NCBI GenBank assembly: GCA_963834325.1
Contig: CAWIBL010000011.1
Span: forward strand, 579,157-643,156
DNA: 64,000 nt
Reading direction: 5' to 3'
From: an uncultured Acidobacteriota bacterium
GTDB lineage: Bacteria > Acidobacteriota > Vicinamibacteria > Vicinamibacterales > UBA2999
How positions within the stretch are numbered: position 1 is the first letter of the stretch; every line of letters begins with the position of its first letter. Below, piece after piece: positions 10,198 to 19,315 of this stretch. The translations under genes and the position numbers were made by a program. The notes under the pieces were generated by a model, which saw only the letters and a list, made by a program, of their open reading frames with translations, did no database searches and was not told the DNA's origin.

Positions 10198-10452
10198 ATG
10201 AAGAATCCGTTGCGCAACTCCCTCAGCCTGCGCACCTCGCTCACCCTGGCGCTCCTGGTGTTGGTGTGCGTGGCCACCGTGGCCGCGGCCGATACGACAG
10301 CCACTGACACCGAAGCGGCCGACGCCGTCGGCACCGCCGCCGCCACCGGCCCGTTCAGCAAGCTGCCGGAGTCCGGCGCGCTGCTGCTGTGGGGCACCGG
10401 CCTGGCCCTGGCCTCGTGCGTCGTGGCGCGCAAGCGGTCCGACAACAAGTAA
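10198..10452 (+). CDS. Small secreted protein with a PEP-CTERM-like C-terminal sorting tail
   Basis: It has the signal peptide 'MKNPLRNSLSLRTSLTLALLVLVCVATVAAAD', an Ala/Thr/Asp-rich middle, and the tail 'LPESGALLLWGTGLALASCVVARKRSDNK' (a PES variant of PEP, then a TM helix and a basic cluster). AGGTAGG precedes the ATG. Confidence 0.5.
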   Translation: MKNPLRNSLSLRTSLTLALLVLVCVATVAAADTTATDTEAADAVGTAAATGPFSKLPESGALLLWGTGLALASCVVARKRSDNK

Positions 10453-10503
10453 GACAACAAGTCAGCAGAACTCCCGGGCTCCCCCCGGCTCGTTCGCGAC
10501 AGC

Positions 10504-10543
10504 TCTGAGCCGCGTTGGCAACGACGCGGCTCAGACTGTTTTA
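10504..10543 (+). terminator. Rho-independent terminator for the 10198..10452 gene
   Basis: The stem is CTGAGCCGCG (10505-10514) / CGCGGCTCAG (10525-10534). It extends inward to a GCAA tetraloop and is followed by ACTGTTTTA. Confidence 0.55.
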
Positions 10544-10600
10544 CGGGGGAATCGGCGCCTCCCGGTTGGCCGGGGCAGGCCCTGCCGGCCGCGAACGCCG

Positions 10601-12232
10601 CTACGCCGATTCGATTGGCACGGCGTGCTCGGCCCGCGTGCGCAACGGCAGTTCGGGCAGCAGCAGGTTGAGCACGATCGACAGGCCCATCACCATCGAC
10701 GCCACGTCGAAGACGCGCTGCATGCCCTGCGCCAGACTGGCGCGCACGCTGGCGGCCACGGCCGGGGCGATGGCGCGCATCGGCAGGCCGCTGGCCATCA
10801 CCGCCCCCGGTTCGGGATTCGAGTTCAGCGGGTTGTCGACCAGCAGCCGCACGTCGTCGGGGGTATCGGCGGGCAGCGTGAGGGCCAGTTGCTGGTGATA
10901 GACCCCCAGCAGCATCGTGCCGAAGACGGCCACGCCAATGGTGCTGCCAATCGAGCGGAAGAACTGACTGGTGGCCGTGGCCGCGCCCAGCTGGGCGCGC
11001 GGTGCCGCGTTCTGCACCACCAGGGCGTAGACCGGCTGGGCCGCGCCGAAGCCGAAGCCGCAGACCACCAGGCACCACACGATCACGTCGGCCCCGGCGG
11101 TGGCGCCGAGGCGGGCCAGAAGCGCCATGCCGATCGTGGCCAGCACCGCGCCGGCCACCGCCAGCGCCTTGTAGCGCCCGGTTCGCGAGACGATCTGGCC
11201 GGAGGCGACGCTGGCCGTGATCATCGCGAAGATCATCGGCACGAACAGCATGCCCGAGGCGGCTGCCGACATCCCCAGCACGCCCTGCAGGTAGAGCGGC
11301 AGGTAGACGAACATCCCGAACATCGACATGCCGAGCACGAACACGCCGGCCGAGGCCAGGGCGATGGTGCGGATGCCGAAGAGCGACGGCGGCATGAGCG
11401 GTTCGGTGGCCCGGCGCTCGGCCCACACGAACAGCGCGAACGAGGCGATGGCGCCGCCGAGCAGCGCGCGCACCGCGGGGTCGGTCCAGCCGTCGGCGTT
11501 GACGCGGCTGAGGGCGAGCAGCAGCGGCACGATCCAGCCGGTCAGCGAGACCAGCCCCAGCCAGTCGATGGAGCGGCTGCCGCCGTGCGGTTTCACGAAC
11601 GGGAACGTCTTGTAGAGCACGCCGGCCGCCAGGATGCCGAGCGGCGCATTGACGTAGAACGCCCACCGCCACGACATGTGGTCGGTGATGAAGCCGCCGG
11701 CCAGCGGGCCGACAATCGACGCCAGGCCGAAGACGGCGCCGAACATGCCCTGGTAGCGGCCGCGTTCGGCCGGGGCGAACAGGTCGCCGATGATGGTGAA
11801 GGTGAGGCCCATCACCGCCCCGCCGCCGATGCCCTGCAGGCCGCGGAAGAAGATGAGCTGGTTCATGCCGTCGAGCGGCAGCGGCATGTTGCCGGCGGCG
11901 CCGCACAGCCACGACGACACCACGAAGATGACCAGGCCGATCATGTAGAGCCACTTGCGCCCGTAGAGGTCGGAGAGCTTGGCGAACACCGGCACCGAGA
12001 TGGTGGAGGTGAGCAGGTAGGAGGTGGTGACCCAGGGATAGCGGTCGAACCCGTTCAGGTTGGCGACGATCCGGGGCATGGCGGTGCCCACGATGGTCTG
12101 GTCCATGGCGGCCAGCAGCAGCGTGAGCATGAGGCCGGCCACGGTGGCGAACCGCTGGCGGGCATCGAGTTGGGCGTAGCTCGTCACCTCGGGCGCCGCG
12201 AAGGCCGCCGGGGACGCTGGAGCGGAGGGCAT
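10601..12232 (-). CDS. MFS transporter, DHA2 (14-TMS drug:H+ antiporter, EmrB-like) family
   Basis: Family text includes 'LLLAAMDQTIVGTAMPRI', 'YPWVTTSYLLTSTISVPVFAKLSDLYGRK' and 'FRGLQGIGGGAVM', with many hydrophobic segments. I use the ATG at 12232 ('MPSAPASP') because the longer ORF (to 12355) would overlap the tRNA gene. Confidence 0.85.
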   Translation of the reverse strand: MPSAPASPAAFAAPEVTSYAQLDARQRFATVAGLMLTLLLAAMDQTIVGTAMPRIVANLNGFDRYPWVTTSYLLTSTISVPVFAKLSDLYGRKWLYMIGLVIFVVSSWLCGAAGNMPLPLDGMNQLIFFRGLQGIGGGAVMGLTFTIIGDLFAPAERGRYQGMFGAVFGLASIVGPLAGGFITDHMSWRWAFYVNAPLGILAAGVLYKTFPFVKPHGGSRSIDWLGLVSLTGWIVPLLLALSRVNADGWTDPAVRALLGGAIASFALFVWAERRATEPLMPPSLFGIRTIALASAGVFVLGMSMFGMFVYLPLYLQGVLGMSAAASGMLFVPMIFAMITASVASGQIVSRTGRYKALAVAGAVLATIGMALLARLGATAGADVIVWCLVVCGFGFGAAQPVYALVVQNAAPRAQLGAATATSQFFRSIGSTIGVAVFGTMLLGVYHQQLALTLPADTPDDVRLLVDNPLNSNPEPGAVMASGLPMRAIAPAVAASVRASLAQGMQRVFDVASMVMGLSIVLNLLLPELPLRTRAEHAVPIESA

Positions 12233-12340
12233 CTGGCCCCTCGATGATACCTCTCCCTTGCCGAGCGAGGCCGGGCCTTCTATAATCGGAGATTCCGGCG
12301 GCGCGGTGGTTCTGGTCAGACGCGCCTCGGTCCCTCCTGC

Positions 12341-12414
12341 TGGGAGGTCGTTCAACGGTAGGACAGCAGACTCTGACTCTGCTTATCGGGGTTCGAATCC
12401 CTGCCTCCCAGCCA
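12341..12414 (+). tRNA. tRNA-Gln (anticodon CTG), CCA encoded
   Basis: I folded this by hand. The acceptor stem is TGGGAGG/CCTCCCA (U1-A72, typical of bacterial tRNA-Gln) and the D stem is GTTC/GGAC. The anticodon stem GCAGA/TCTGC carries the loop CTCTGAC, giving anticodon CTG. The T arm is CGGGG-TTCGAAT-CCCTG, followed by discriminator G and CCA. Confidence 0.9.
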
Positions 12415-13897
12415 ACTCCTTTCGGCCTTCGGCCTCAGTCGTGGCTGCTCGGCAGGCTTCAGTAGCGCCGCGGCGGCGTTGCCGCCGCGAGCGGTATCGA
12501 ATCCCTGCTTCTTGCTCGCATTGGCCGCCCTTGCGGGCGGCCTCGCTCGCCAGCCAGGGGCACCAATCGACGACTTCCCGGGTCGGATCGGCCGTCCTGC
12601 AGACGGCCTGGCTCGCCCTCGGCGACGCTTGGACTGCTCTTCCGCCCCGCTCACTAACCCGGCGATCTTGAAAGAATCTTGAAACTTTGTCCCGGCGAAG
12701 GTGTGGCCGCGCTCGAGTTTTCGCACGGCGAGCTGCAGGTTTTCGAGCGTCTGGTTGTCGTAGCGTTCGGTCGTCGTGATCGACGCGTGGCCGAGCAGGT
12801 CGCGCACCTGCGCGAGCGGCACACCCTGCTCGACCAGGCGTGAGGCGTACTCGTGGCGCAGGTCGTGCCAGCGCAGGTTGATCTTGCGGAAGGCGTCCTG
12901 GGAGTCGTCGGACAGGCCCTGGTAGTTCAGGCGCGCGGCCCAGGTGGCTGTGTGGCCGTGGGCGCGGAGCACCAGCGTTTGCCAGGTGCGGTGGAACGAG
13001 CCGCAGGGGCTCGCCCACTTCGTTGCTGAAGACCAGCGCCTCGTCGGGCTTCTGCTGCCCGTCGGCATCGACACGGAGCCAGGCGAGCACGTCGCGGAGC
13101 CGGTCGGTGGAGATCGGCACCACGCGCGACCGGCCGCTCTTGGTGGTGTGGCCGCGCAGCGTGATCAGGCCGCGCGCGAGGTCCACGTCGGCGAACCTGA
13201 GCGCCAGCATCTCGCCTTGCCGCATCCCGGTGTCGAGCGCGGCGATGAACATCGCCTGAATGTGCGGCGGGGCGTTCTGCAGCAGCGCCGCCTCCTCGTG
13301 CTCGTCGATGCGCCGGCGCCGCTTGTTGTCTTCGTGCAGCTTCTTGATCAGCGTGGCGCTGCCGCGTTTGAACGGTGTCCGGTCGAGATGCTCGCGCCCG
13401 ACCGCCCAGTTGAACATGTGACGCAGGCGGTCGACGGTGCGGTTGATGGTGGCGGGCGTGAGGGGCCGCAAGCCGGGGCGGCGGCCAATCACGCGCGGCT
13501 TCCTTAAGTCCGCAATCACGTCTTCGATGTCCGCCGTTCGGATCTCGGTGAGGGCCCGGTCGCCGAAGCGCGCCAGGAACGGCGCGACCTTGGCCTCGTA
13601 CTCCCGGGCACTGGCGAGATCCTTCGCGATGACGTGACGTTCGCGGTAGAGCGCAGCCAGTTCGCGAAACGTGACAGGACCGACCTTGATGGGATTAAGG
13701 CCGCTCGGGTCGAACGTGCGCGCGCGGATGGCCAGGCGCAGCCCGTCGAGCGCCGCGCTGGCCTCCGCCTTCGACCCAATCTCGCGGTCTGTCCACTTCG
13801 ACAGGCTGACGCGCACGCCGCGGAAGCTGCCCCACCAGGGGTGGTCGCAGCGGTCGCGGTTGCGACCCTCGTGCTCGCAGAGTTTGTAGAGACCCAT
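12352..13897 (-). CDS. Tyrosine recombinase / phage-type integrase, frame broken near 13000. Homology ends near 12690; the coordinates give the outer ORF limits.
   Basis: ORF 12383..13897 gives the N-terminal SAM-like and core domains ('INRTVDRLRHMFNWAV', 'TGMRQGEMLALRFADVDLARGLITL..TKSGRSRVVPI'). After 'FSNEVGEPLR' the catalytic C-terminus continues in ORF 12352..13074 ('LRWHDLRHEYASRL..LLGHASITTTERY'). The tail of that ORF runs antisense through the tRNA and is not credible coding sequence. Confidence 0.8.
12492..12514 (+). repeat. Duplicated fragment of the tRNA-Gln T-arm (a possible att-site scar)
   Basis: The 12-mer TCGAATCCCTGC at 12497-12508 is identical to tRNA positions 12393-12404. 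The flanks are partly similar (GGTATCGAATCCCTGCTTC versus GGTTCGAATCCCTGCCTC). Confidence 0.4.
12665..12684. repeat. AT-rich direct repeat ATCTTGAAA x2 (11-bp period) at the homology-supported 3' end of the integrase gene
   Basis: Read directly: 12665-12673 and 12676-12684. This is conspicuously AT-rich in a GC-rich background. It may be an arm-type recombinase site or simply the coding sequence for 'KFQDSFKI'. Confidence 0.25.
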
Positions 13898-13921
13898 GGG
13901 GACCTCAGCTGGCCACGGGGC

Positions 13922-14209
13922 TCACGCGCGGGCCTCGTTCGCGCTCGGTGGCCGAACGGCGGCGCCGACGCCCCGCTCATACCAGTCGTCGATCCACTCG
14001 CGCTTGAGCCGAATCGATCGGCGTCCGCCGATGCGGACATGCCGAATCTCGCGACGTTCGCTGCCCTGGAGGCAGACGCGCGGGACAACGCCGACGCGCG
14101 CTGAGACGCGCGCTGGGTGGACCGCCTGGGCTGCTGCGCCAACGGGCGTGGCAGCCGCTACTGATGGAACGCCAGTTGTGACGAGAATCTTGCGTCGCTT
14201 CCGAACCAT
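13922..14209 (-). CDS. Excisionase/AlpA-like helix-turn-helix DNA-binding protein
   Basis: This small ORF sits directly upstream of, and co-oriented with, the integrase. 'REIRHVRIGGRRSIRLKREWIDDWYE' resembles the excisionase-family C-terminal motif. The start codon is uncertain. Confidence 0.45.
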   Translation of the reverse strand: MVRKRRKILVTTGVPSVAAATPVGAAAQAVHPARVSARVGVVPRVCLQGSERREIRHVRIGGRRSIRLKREWIDDWYERGVGAAVRPPSANEARA

Positions 14210-14391
14210 GCCGGGGCCTGCCTGTTCCTGGAGACGGGAACACGACCGAATGAAGCCGTAGGCGTCGGGTCAGAGGAAGGAGGGCCGCCGGGGTGGTGAC
14301 GTAGACGGCGCGTGCAGGTGGGTGACCCGACCGAACGGCAGAATAGCGACCGGTCTGGCGTCCCGTCAACCCTGCCGAACCAGGAACGGCG

Positions 14392-14829
14392 CTAGGCCGC
14401 GCTGGTGACAACGAGCCGGCGGCCGAGCGCTTCAAGGGCCTGCTCGATCTGGTCCACCTTCGACGCGTGCCGGAAGTCGACGAGCCGGTCCACCTGCGGC
14501 GAATGCCACGACAGACGCTTGCCCAGTCGGTACTTGCCCACGCCCTGAGCCAGCATGGCGTTGTGAAGCTCGACCTTCGCCGCCACCAGCGCCGACACAC
14601 GGACGGCGTCGCCCTTCGGTGCGACCGCGAGAGGCACAGGGATGGATTCCTTGCTGTCCACCAGCATCTCCAAGCCCGTCAGGACGGCATCGAGCGCCCG
14701 TGCTCGCGCGTCGGCCTTCGTCTCGCCGAACGTGTGAACGTGCGGCAGCGCCGGCACATCGACGAGCCACGTGCCGTTGCTGTCCTTGGAAAGCGTCAGT
14801 GCATAGAACATTGCGGTGGCCCCCCACAA
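14392..14829 (-). CDS. hicB: HicB-family antitoxin (type II TA) with a C-terminal DNA-binding region
   Basis: 'MFYALTLSKDSNGTWLVDVPALPHVHTFGETKADARARALDAVLTGLEML' is a HicB-like fold. It follows hicA by ~30 nt. The real start may be the ATG at 14811. Confidence 0.7.
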   Translation of the reverse strand: MWGATAMFYALTLSKDSNGTWLVDVPALPHVHTFGETKADARARALDAVLTGLEMLVDSKESIPVPLAVAPKGDAVRVSALVAAKVELHNAMLAQGVGKYRLGKRLSWHSPQVDRLVDFRHASKVDQIEQALEALGRRLVVTSAA

Positions 14830-14859
14830 GCCAGCCGGCGTATGCCTTGGGTTCAGCCT

Positions 14860-15048
14860 TTACAGGAGCCCAAGGTCCTTCTTGATCCGATTCACTAACC
14901 CGGTGCCGAGTTCTTTCCCTTTGCCGTGCATCGGCAGCACGGATCGCTTGCCCTCGCGAAACACCTTCAGGTGACCGCCGTGGCCAGGAGCAAAGGTGCA
15001 GCCTTGCGCGCTCAGCCAGCGCTTGAACTCTTGCGAGGTCACAGGCAC
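14860..15048 (-). CDS. hicA: HicA-family mRNA interferase toxin
   Basis: The 62-aa sequence 'FKRWLSAQGCTFAPGHGGHLKVFREGKRSVLPMHGKGKELGTGLVNRIKKDLGL' is the typical HicA/YcfA pattern. Confidence 0.8.
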   Translation of the reverse strand: MPVTSQEFKRWLSAQGCTFAPGHGGHLKVFREGKRSVLPMHGKGKELGTGLVNRIKKDLGLL

Positions 15049-15065
15049 ATGGTAAACATATGTGT

Positions 15066-15404
15066 TTACGTAGGCAACACTAAAGTTGCCCTACTCCCGC
15101 CGCGTAGTCGCAGATCGAGCACAAAATGGCGTGCGGTCGCGGTGTCAGCGCCGACACCCCGCTGTTGCTGCAGGCGCTCGCCCGGTGGCATGCCGAGACC
15201 TGGTTGAGTCTTCAGGCCAGTTGGACCTGTGGCACGCGCTGAAGCGGCGAGCGGGTGCGGGCCTTGCCCGAAGACCGTGTGACGGAGATCAAGCACTGCT
15301 TGACAGCTTGGCTGCCGCGCCGTGGCATCCGGGTAGCCAAGGTCCTCGAACACGTTCAGGCTCCCGCGGGTGATTTCGACGAAGCCAGCGGGTCGCTCTG
15401 CCAT
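15066..15404 (-). pseudogene. XRE-family antitoxin-like gene, degraded (at least 2 frame breaks)
   Basis: The N-terminus 'FVEITRGSLNVFEDLGYPDATA' is the usual start of XRE-type antitoxins. HTH-like text ('..LQRVPQVQLA') is only found in another frame, and 'PPGERLQQQRGVGADT' returns to the first frame. No partner toxin lies adjacent. Confidence 0.35.
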
Positions 15405-15492
15405 GGATGGCCGCGTCTGTCTTGCTGTGCCGCTCTCGGTCGCGGTTCCACGAACTCTTCGGGAGAACCGCGGAGCGATTCGAGGAGGCTGG

Positions 15493-15714
15493 CTACGCTG
15501 GTACTACGACGTACTCGGCAAACGACGTCGATGCCGGAACCGGCTGCTTGTCTTCGATGAGGCCTCCGATATGCAGCTGGATTGCCTCATACATCCGCCG
15601 TTCCGTTTCCTCACGCGTCGCCCCCGTCGCGACGCATCCAGGCAGGTCCGGCGAGTACGCGGAGAAGTTGTTGCCGGCGCTCTCGATGACGATCAGGAAT
15701 CGATGCATGCGCAC
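15493..15714 (-). CDS. HicB-like (UPF0150) antitoxin, short form
   Basis: 'HRFLIVIESAGNNFSAYSPDLPGCVATGATREETERRMYEAIQLHIGGLIEDKQPVP' is a typical short HicB. It has a GTG start. Confidence 0.7.
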   Translation of the reverse strand: MRMHRFLIVIESAGNNFSAYSPDLPGCVATGATREETERRMYEAIQLHIGGLIEDKQPVPASTSFAEYVVVPA

Positions 15715-15822
15715 TTTGGACAGATGGTCATCTTACCGTGATCGATGCCGTGAGAGACCGCGCAGTCTCACGAGCGGGCGAACGTTCGCCTGCCTGCCAG
15801 AGCCATCACGTAGCTGAGCATC

Positions 15823-15930
15823 TTGACGGACGGCGAGGCCGGCCTCCCGCTCGCAGAGCTGGTGCGGAAGCACGGCATCAGCCGCGCGACCTACTTCAGT
15901 TGGAAATCGAAGTACGCAGGCGGCGAGCAC
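15823..15930 (+). mobile_element. IS3-family transposase orfA remnant (HTH segment only)
   Basis: 'TDGEAGLPLAELVRKHGISRATYFSWKSKYAGG' matches the IS3/IS911 OrfA helix-turn-helix. The N-terminal ~20 aa, the leucine zipper and orfB are all absent, and the similarity stops at ~15925. Confidence 0.5.
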
Positions 15931-16057
15931 GGCGCATTCACACACGTGGAAACCGCGACCATCGACGAGAGCATCACCGCGTTCCTGGCGAAGGCGTTAC
16001 CATGAGCGCCGTGGCCGCTGGCCGATCCGGGCCCGCACCACCGAACGGAGGCCGAGC

Positions 16058-18383
16058 GTGATGCTGCGACGAAACCTCGGGCGAGCGATCGCCTCGACGT
16101 TGTTACTCGCGTCGGCCAGTTGTGCTCCATCGCCGAAGCGCTCCGAGCCGTCGACGGCGCCGTTCCAGGTGGAAGAAGCGACGGTCGCCGATCTCCACGC
16201 GGCGATCACCTCGGGCCGCACCACCTGCCGCGCCGTCGTGGAAGCGTACGTGGCGCGCGCCAAGGCCTACAACGGCGTGTGCACGAGCCTCGTCACCCCC
16301 GACGGCGCCGACGTGCCGCCCGCGACCGGCTACGTGCGCGCCGGGGCGGCGCTTCGCTTTCCGGCCAAGACGACCAAGGCGTCGAACCTGTTTCCCGATC
16401 TGGAGCGCTATCGCGGCAAGCCGCTCGATTACGGCCGCATGGAGCCGACCGTGAGCAACCCCGCGGTGATGGCGCAGATGGGCATGCGCGTCGGCATCCC
16501 GAACGCGGGCCAGGTGAATGCGCTCGAGACGCTGAACCTGCGCGGTGAGCGTTCGCAGACCTGCCAGGGATCCTTCGACCTGCATCCGTCGACCGGGCCG
16601 CTGCCGGAGGGCGCGCCAGCCGCGTGCGAGGAGTTTCGGAAGCAGCCGGACGCGCTCGAGCGCGCGGCTGAGCTCGACGCGACCTACGGCGCGACGCCAG
16701 ACCTCGCGGCCCTGCCGATGTACTGCGTCGTCACGGCCGTCAAGGATCCGTACGACACGAAGGACATGCGGACCACCGCCAATAGCGACGTCGCGTTCGC
16801 GATGGATGCGCCGCCGACCGACGCGACCCTCGTGGCGCGGCTGCGCGCCAAAGGCGCGATCATCTACGCCAAGAGCTCCGCGGCCGAGTTCAACTCGGGT
16901 CCGGGCAACCCCGGCGGCAAGGCCGAGAGCCGGACGAACACGGTGGGCGGCGGGCAGGCCATCGGCGCGTGGGGCGGCCAGGCCTGCAATCCCTACGACA
17001 CCGAGCGCGTGCCGCGCGGATCGAGCAGCGGATCGGGCGCGGCGGTGGCGGCGAACCTCGTCGCGATCGGCATCTGCGAGCAGACCGGCGGCTCGTGCCA
17101 GGGGCCGGCCTCGCGCAACGGTATCGCCATGCTGCTGCCGGGCAAGGGCATCGTGCCCGACGACGGCGGCATCGGCTACGGCTGGTTCATCGATCGCGCC
17201 GGCGTCCACGCGCGCGCACTGGCCGACACGGCCAAGGTGCTCGACGCGCTCCGCGAGCCGGACGGCACGCTCTACGACTCGCGCGATCCGCTCACCGCGG
17301 TGCCCGCCGCGCTCGTCCCCGCCGCACCCTACGCAAGTTTCGCCGTCGGCACCGCGGCGGTCCAGGGCGGCGCCAAGCCGCTTCAGGGCATGCGCATCGC
17401 CATCCTGCGCGAGCACATGGTGAAGGCGACGCCGAATCACGAGGCGATTCCCGACGCGCTCGATCGCGAGATGAAGACCGTGCTGCGCGACCGGCTGGGC
17501 GCCGAGCTGGTCGAGACGCGCGCGGCGAAAGTGCCCGACGATCCGGAGGTGTCCGACGTCACCTACACCTTCGCCGACGCGCTGTCGGAGCTGCTGCCGC
17601 GGCTGCTGCCGGAAGTGTTCACGCGCCGCGACGCGAAGGGGCAGCTGTTGTTCGCCGTCCCCGGACACGACGTGACGTCCTACGCGTACCTGCTGGCGCT
17701 CAGCCGGCGGCAGGCGCCGCTGACGCCCGCCATCGACCTCACGAACTTCGCCACCTACGGCATCGAGCGCTGCTACACGGGCCTGTGCGGCGACGTCGCC
17801 ATGGACATCGATCGCTATCTCGCCGCCCGAGGTGACGCGACGATCAAGACCTGGGCCGACTGGATACCGACATGCCAAGTTCCGCGAGGACGCTTCCCGC
17901 GCGGGGGCCGAGAACTGGCTGGCGCTGCCATCGCACGACGCGCCGTGGAAGACCGAGCACGTGGCCCGGAGCTACGTCGGGCGGCTGGCCTTGCAGCGCA
18001 TGATGCGCGAGAACCGCATCGCGGCGTTCGTGCACCCTGAGAACACGGTGCCGACGCCCAAGATCCAGGGTCCGAGCGTCGGCATCAACAGCCTCGACGG
18101 CATCACGCCGTTCTTCCAGATTCCTCGTGTGGTCGTGCCGGCCGGCACGAGCGACGTCGTCGTCGAGCCGACGTACGCCCTGAACGCCGACCGCACCGAT
18201 TACGTGTCGGTGATCCCAGAAGGCACGCCGCGCACCTCGCTCCCTCACCCCATGCCTATCGCGCTGACCTTCTTTGCCGGGCAGGGGGATGAGTCGACGC
18301 TCATCCGCATCGGCACGGCGTACGAGTCGGCGACCGGGCACCGGAAGCCGCCGCCGGCGTTTGGCCCGGTGTCCGGCCGGTAG
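16058..18383 (+). CDS. Amidase-signature family protein, probable lipoprotein, frame broken near 17860-17875
   Basis: It has the lipobox-like 'LLLASASCAP' and the amidase signature 'PRGSSSGSGAAVAANLVAIGICEQTGGSCQGPASRNG'. After '..TIKTWADWI' the sequence continues in ORF 17832..18383 ('AKFREDASRAGAENWL..FVHPENTVPTPKI..'). Confidence 0.8.
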
Positions 18384-18546
18384 TCGCGCCGGTTCCCGGG
18401 GCTCAGCGCTGACCCCCCTCGTTCGCGCGCTTTCCCTGACGGGCTGAACAGTTTGGGCGCGGAAATCCCCTTCGCCTGGGCGCCTGGCCCCGTATCTGGC
18501 GATGCGGTGTCGATCGACTTCGAGCTGGCGAAAGCGTCATGGGCGG

Positions 18547-18837
18547 GTGAATCGCTCGCTGGGCGACGGCGCGACCCGGGACATCTGGAACGGCGTCAAC
18601 AGCAAGGCGGCGCGACGAATTCCCTTGGAGCTCTGGCCGGCGGTTCGCCGCAAGCTCGATCAGATCGACGCCGTGATCCGACTCGACGACTTGAAGATCC
18701 CGCCCGGCAACCGCCTCCACGCGCTCGTGGGGGCTCTGGCCGGGTATCACGCCATCCGGGTCAACGACCAGTATCGGGTGATCTTCCGGTTCGAAGGGAC
18801 CGATGCCCACGACGTCCGCTGCACCGACTACCACTGA
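18547..18837 (+). CDS. higB: HigB-type (RelE/ParE superfamily) toxin
   Basis: 'RSLGDGATRDIWNGVNSKAARRIPLELWPAVRRKLDQIDAVIRLDDLKIPPGNRLHALVGALAGYHAIRVNDQYRVIFRFEGTDAHDVRCTDYH' is the canonical HigB pattern. I prefer the GTG at 18547 over the upstream ATG at 18502. Confidence 0.8.
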   Translation: MNRSLGDGATRDIWNGVNSKAARRIPLELWPAVRRKLDQIDAVIRLDDLKIPPGNRLHALVGALAGYHAIRVNDQYRVIFRFEGTDAHDVRCTDYH

Positions 18838-18846
18838 GGTCCAATT

Positions 18847-19146
18847 ATGCTGCCGACAAGTCGCCCGCCGACGCACCCCGGAGAGATGCTCCTGAAGGAG
18901 TTTCTCGAGCCGCTCGGCGTGTCGCAGGTCGAGGCCGCCGCACGGATGAGCATCCCGTTCCAACGACTCAACGCCATCGTCAAGGGGCGGCGCGCGGTGA
19001 GCGCCGACACGGCACTGCTGCTCGAAGCGCTGACCCGCTGGGACGCCGAGATCTGGCTGCGGCTCCAGGCCAAATGGGACCTGTGGCACGCGGCACAGGC
19101 GCGAGGGGTACGCCCGAAGGTGCGGGCATTGCCGCGGAGCGCGTAA
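18847..19146 (+). CDS. higA: HigA-type antitoxin (XRE HTH)
   Basis: 'THPGEMLLKEFLEPLGVSQVEAAARMSIPFQRLNAIVKGRRAVSADTALLLEA' matches the family. It lies 9 nt after higB, and GAGG precedes the ATG. Confidence 0.8.
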   Translation: MLPTSRPPTHPGEMLLKEFLEPLGVSQVEAAARMSIPFQRLNAIVKGRRAVSADTALLLEALTRWDAEIWLRLQAKWDLWHAAQARGVRPKVRALPRSA

Positions 19147-19315
19147 CCGGGCGCGGCAGGGTCACGCCGATGTGACAATTCCAGTCGCGGCTCGCACCGT
19201 TTCTGCTGTTCGGCGGTCTCGGCAATGCCAGCCTCATGACATGGTGTGGCCACATCTGCGGTCCGCGCTGGCCTCGTGACGGGAGGGGAGTGCTCGGCTC
19301 GCGCGGTCTCAGCCG

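Noticed and set aside
12352-12414. Integrase-frame ORFs and the long form of the MFS ORF (to 12355) extending across the tRNA-Gln gene.
   Set aside because: Coding sequence running antisense through an intact tRNA is implausible. Integrase homology ends near 12690, and an internal ATG at 12232 gives a normal MFS N-terminus.
19147-19315. An attR copy of the tRNA 3' end in the higA/operon convergent gap.
   Set aside because: Only a 7-mer (GGCAGGG) is shared with the reverse complement of the tRNA end, which is chance level. The boundary therefore remains unresolved.
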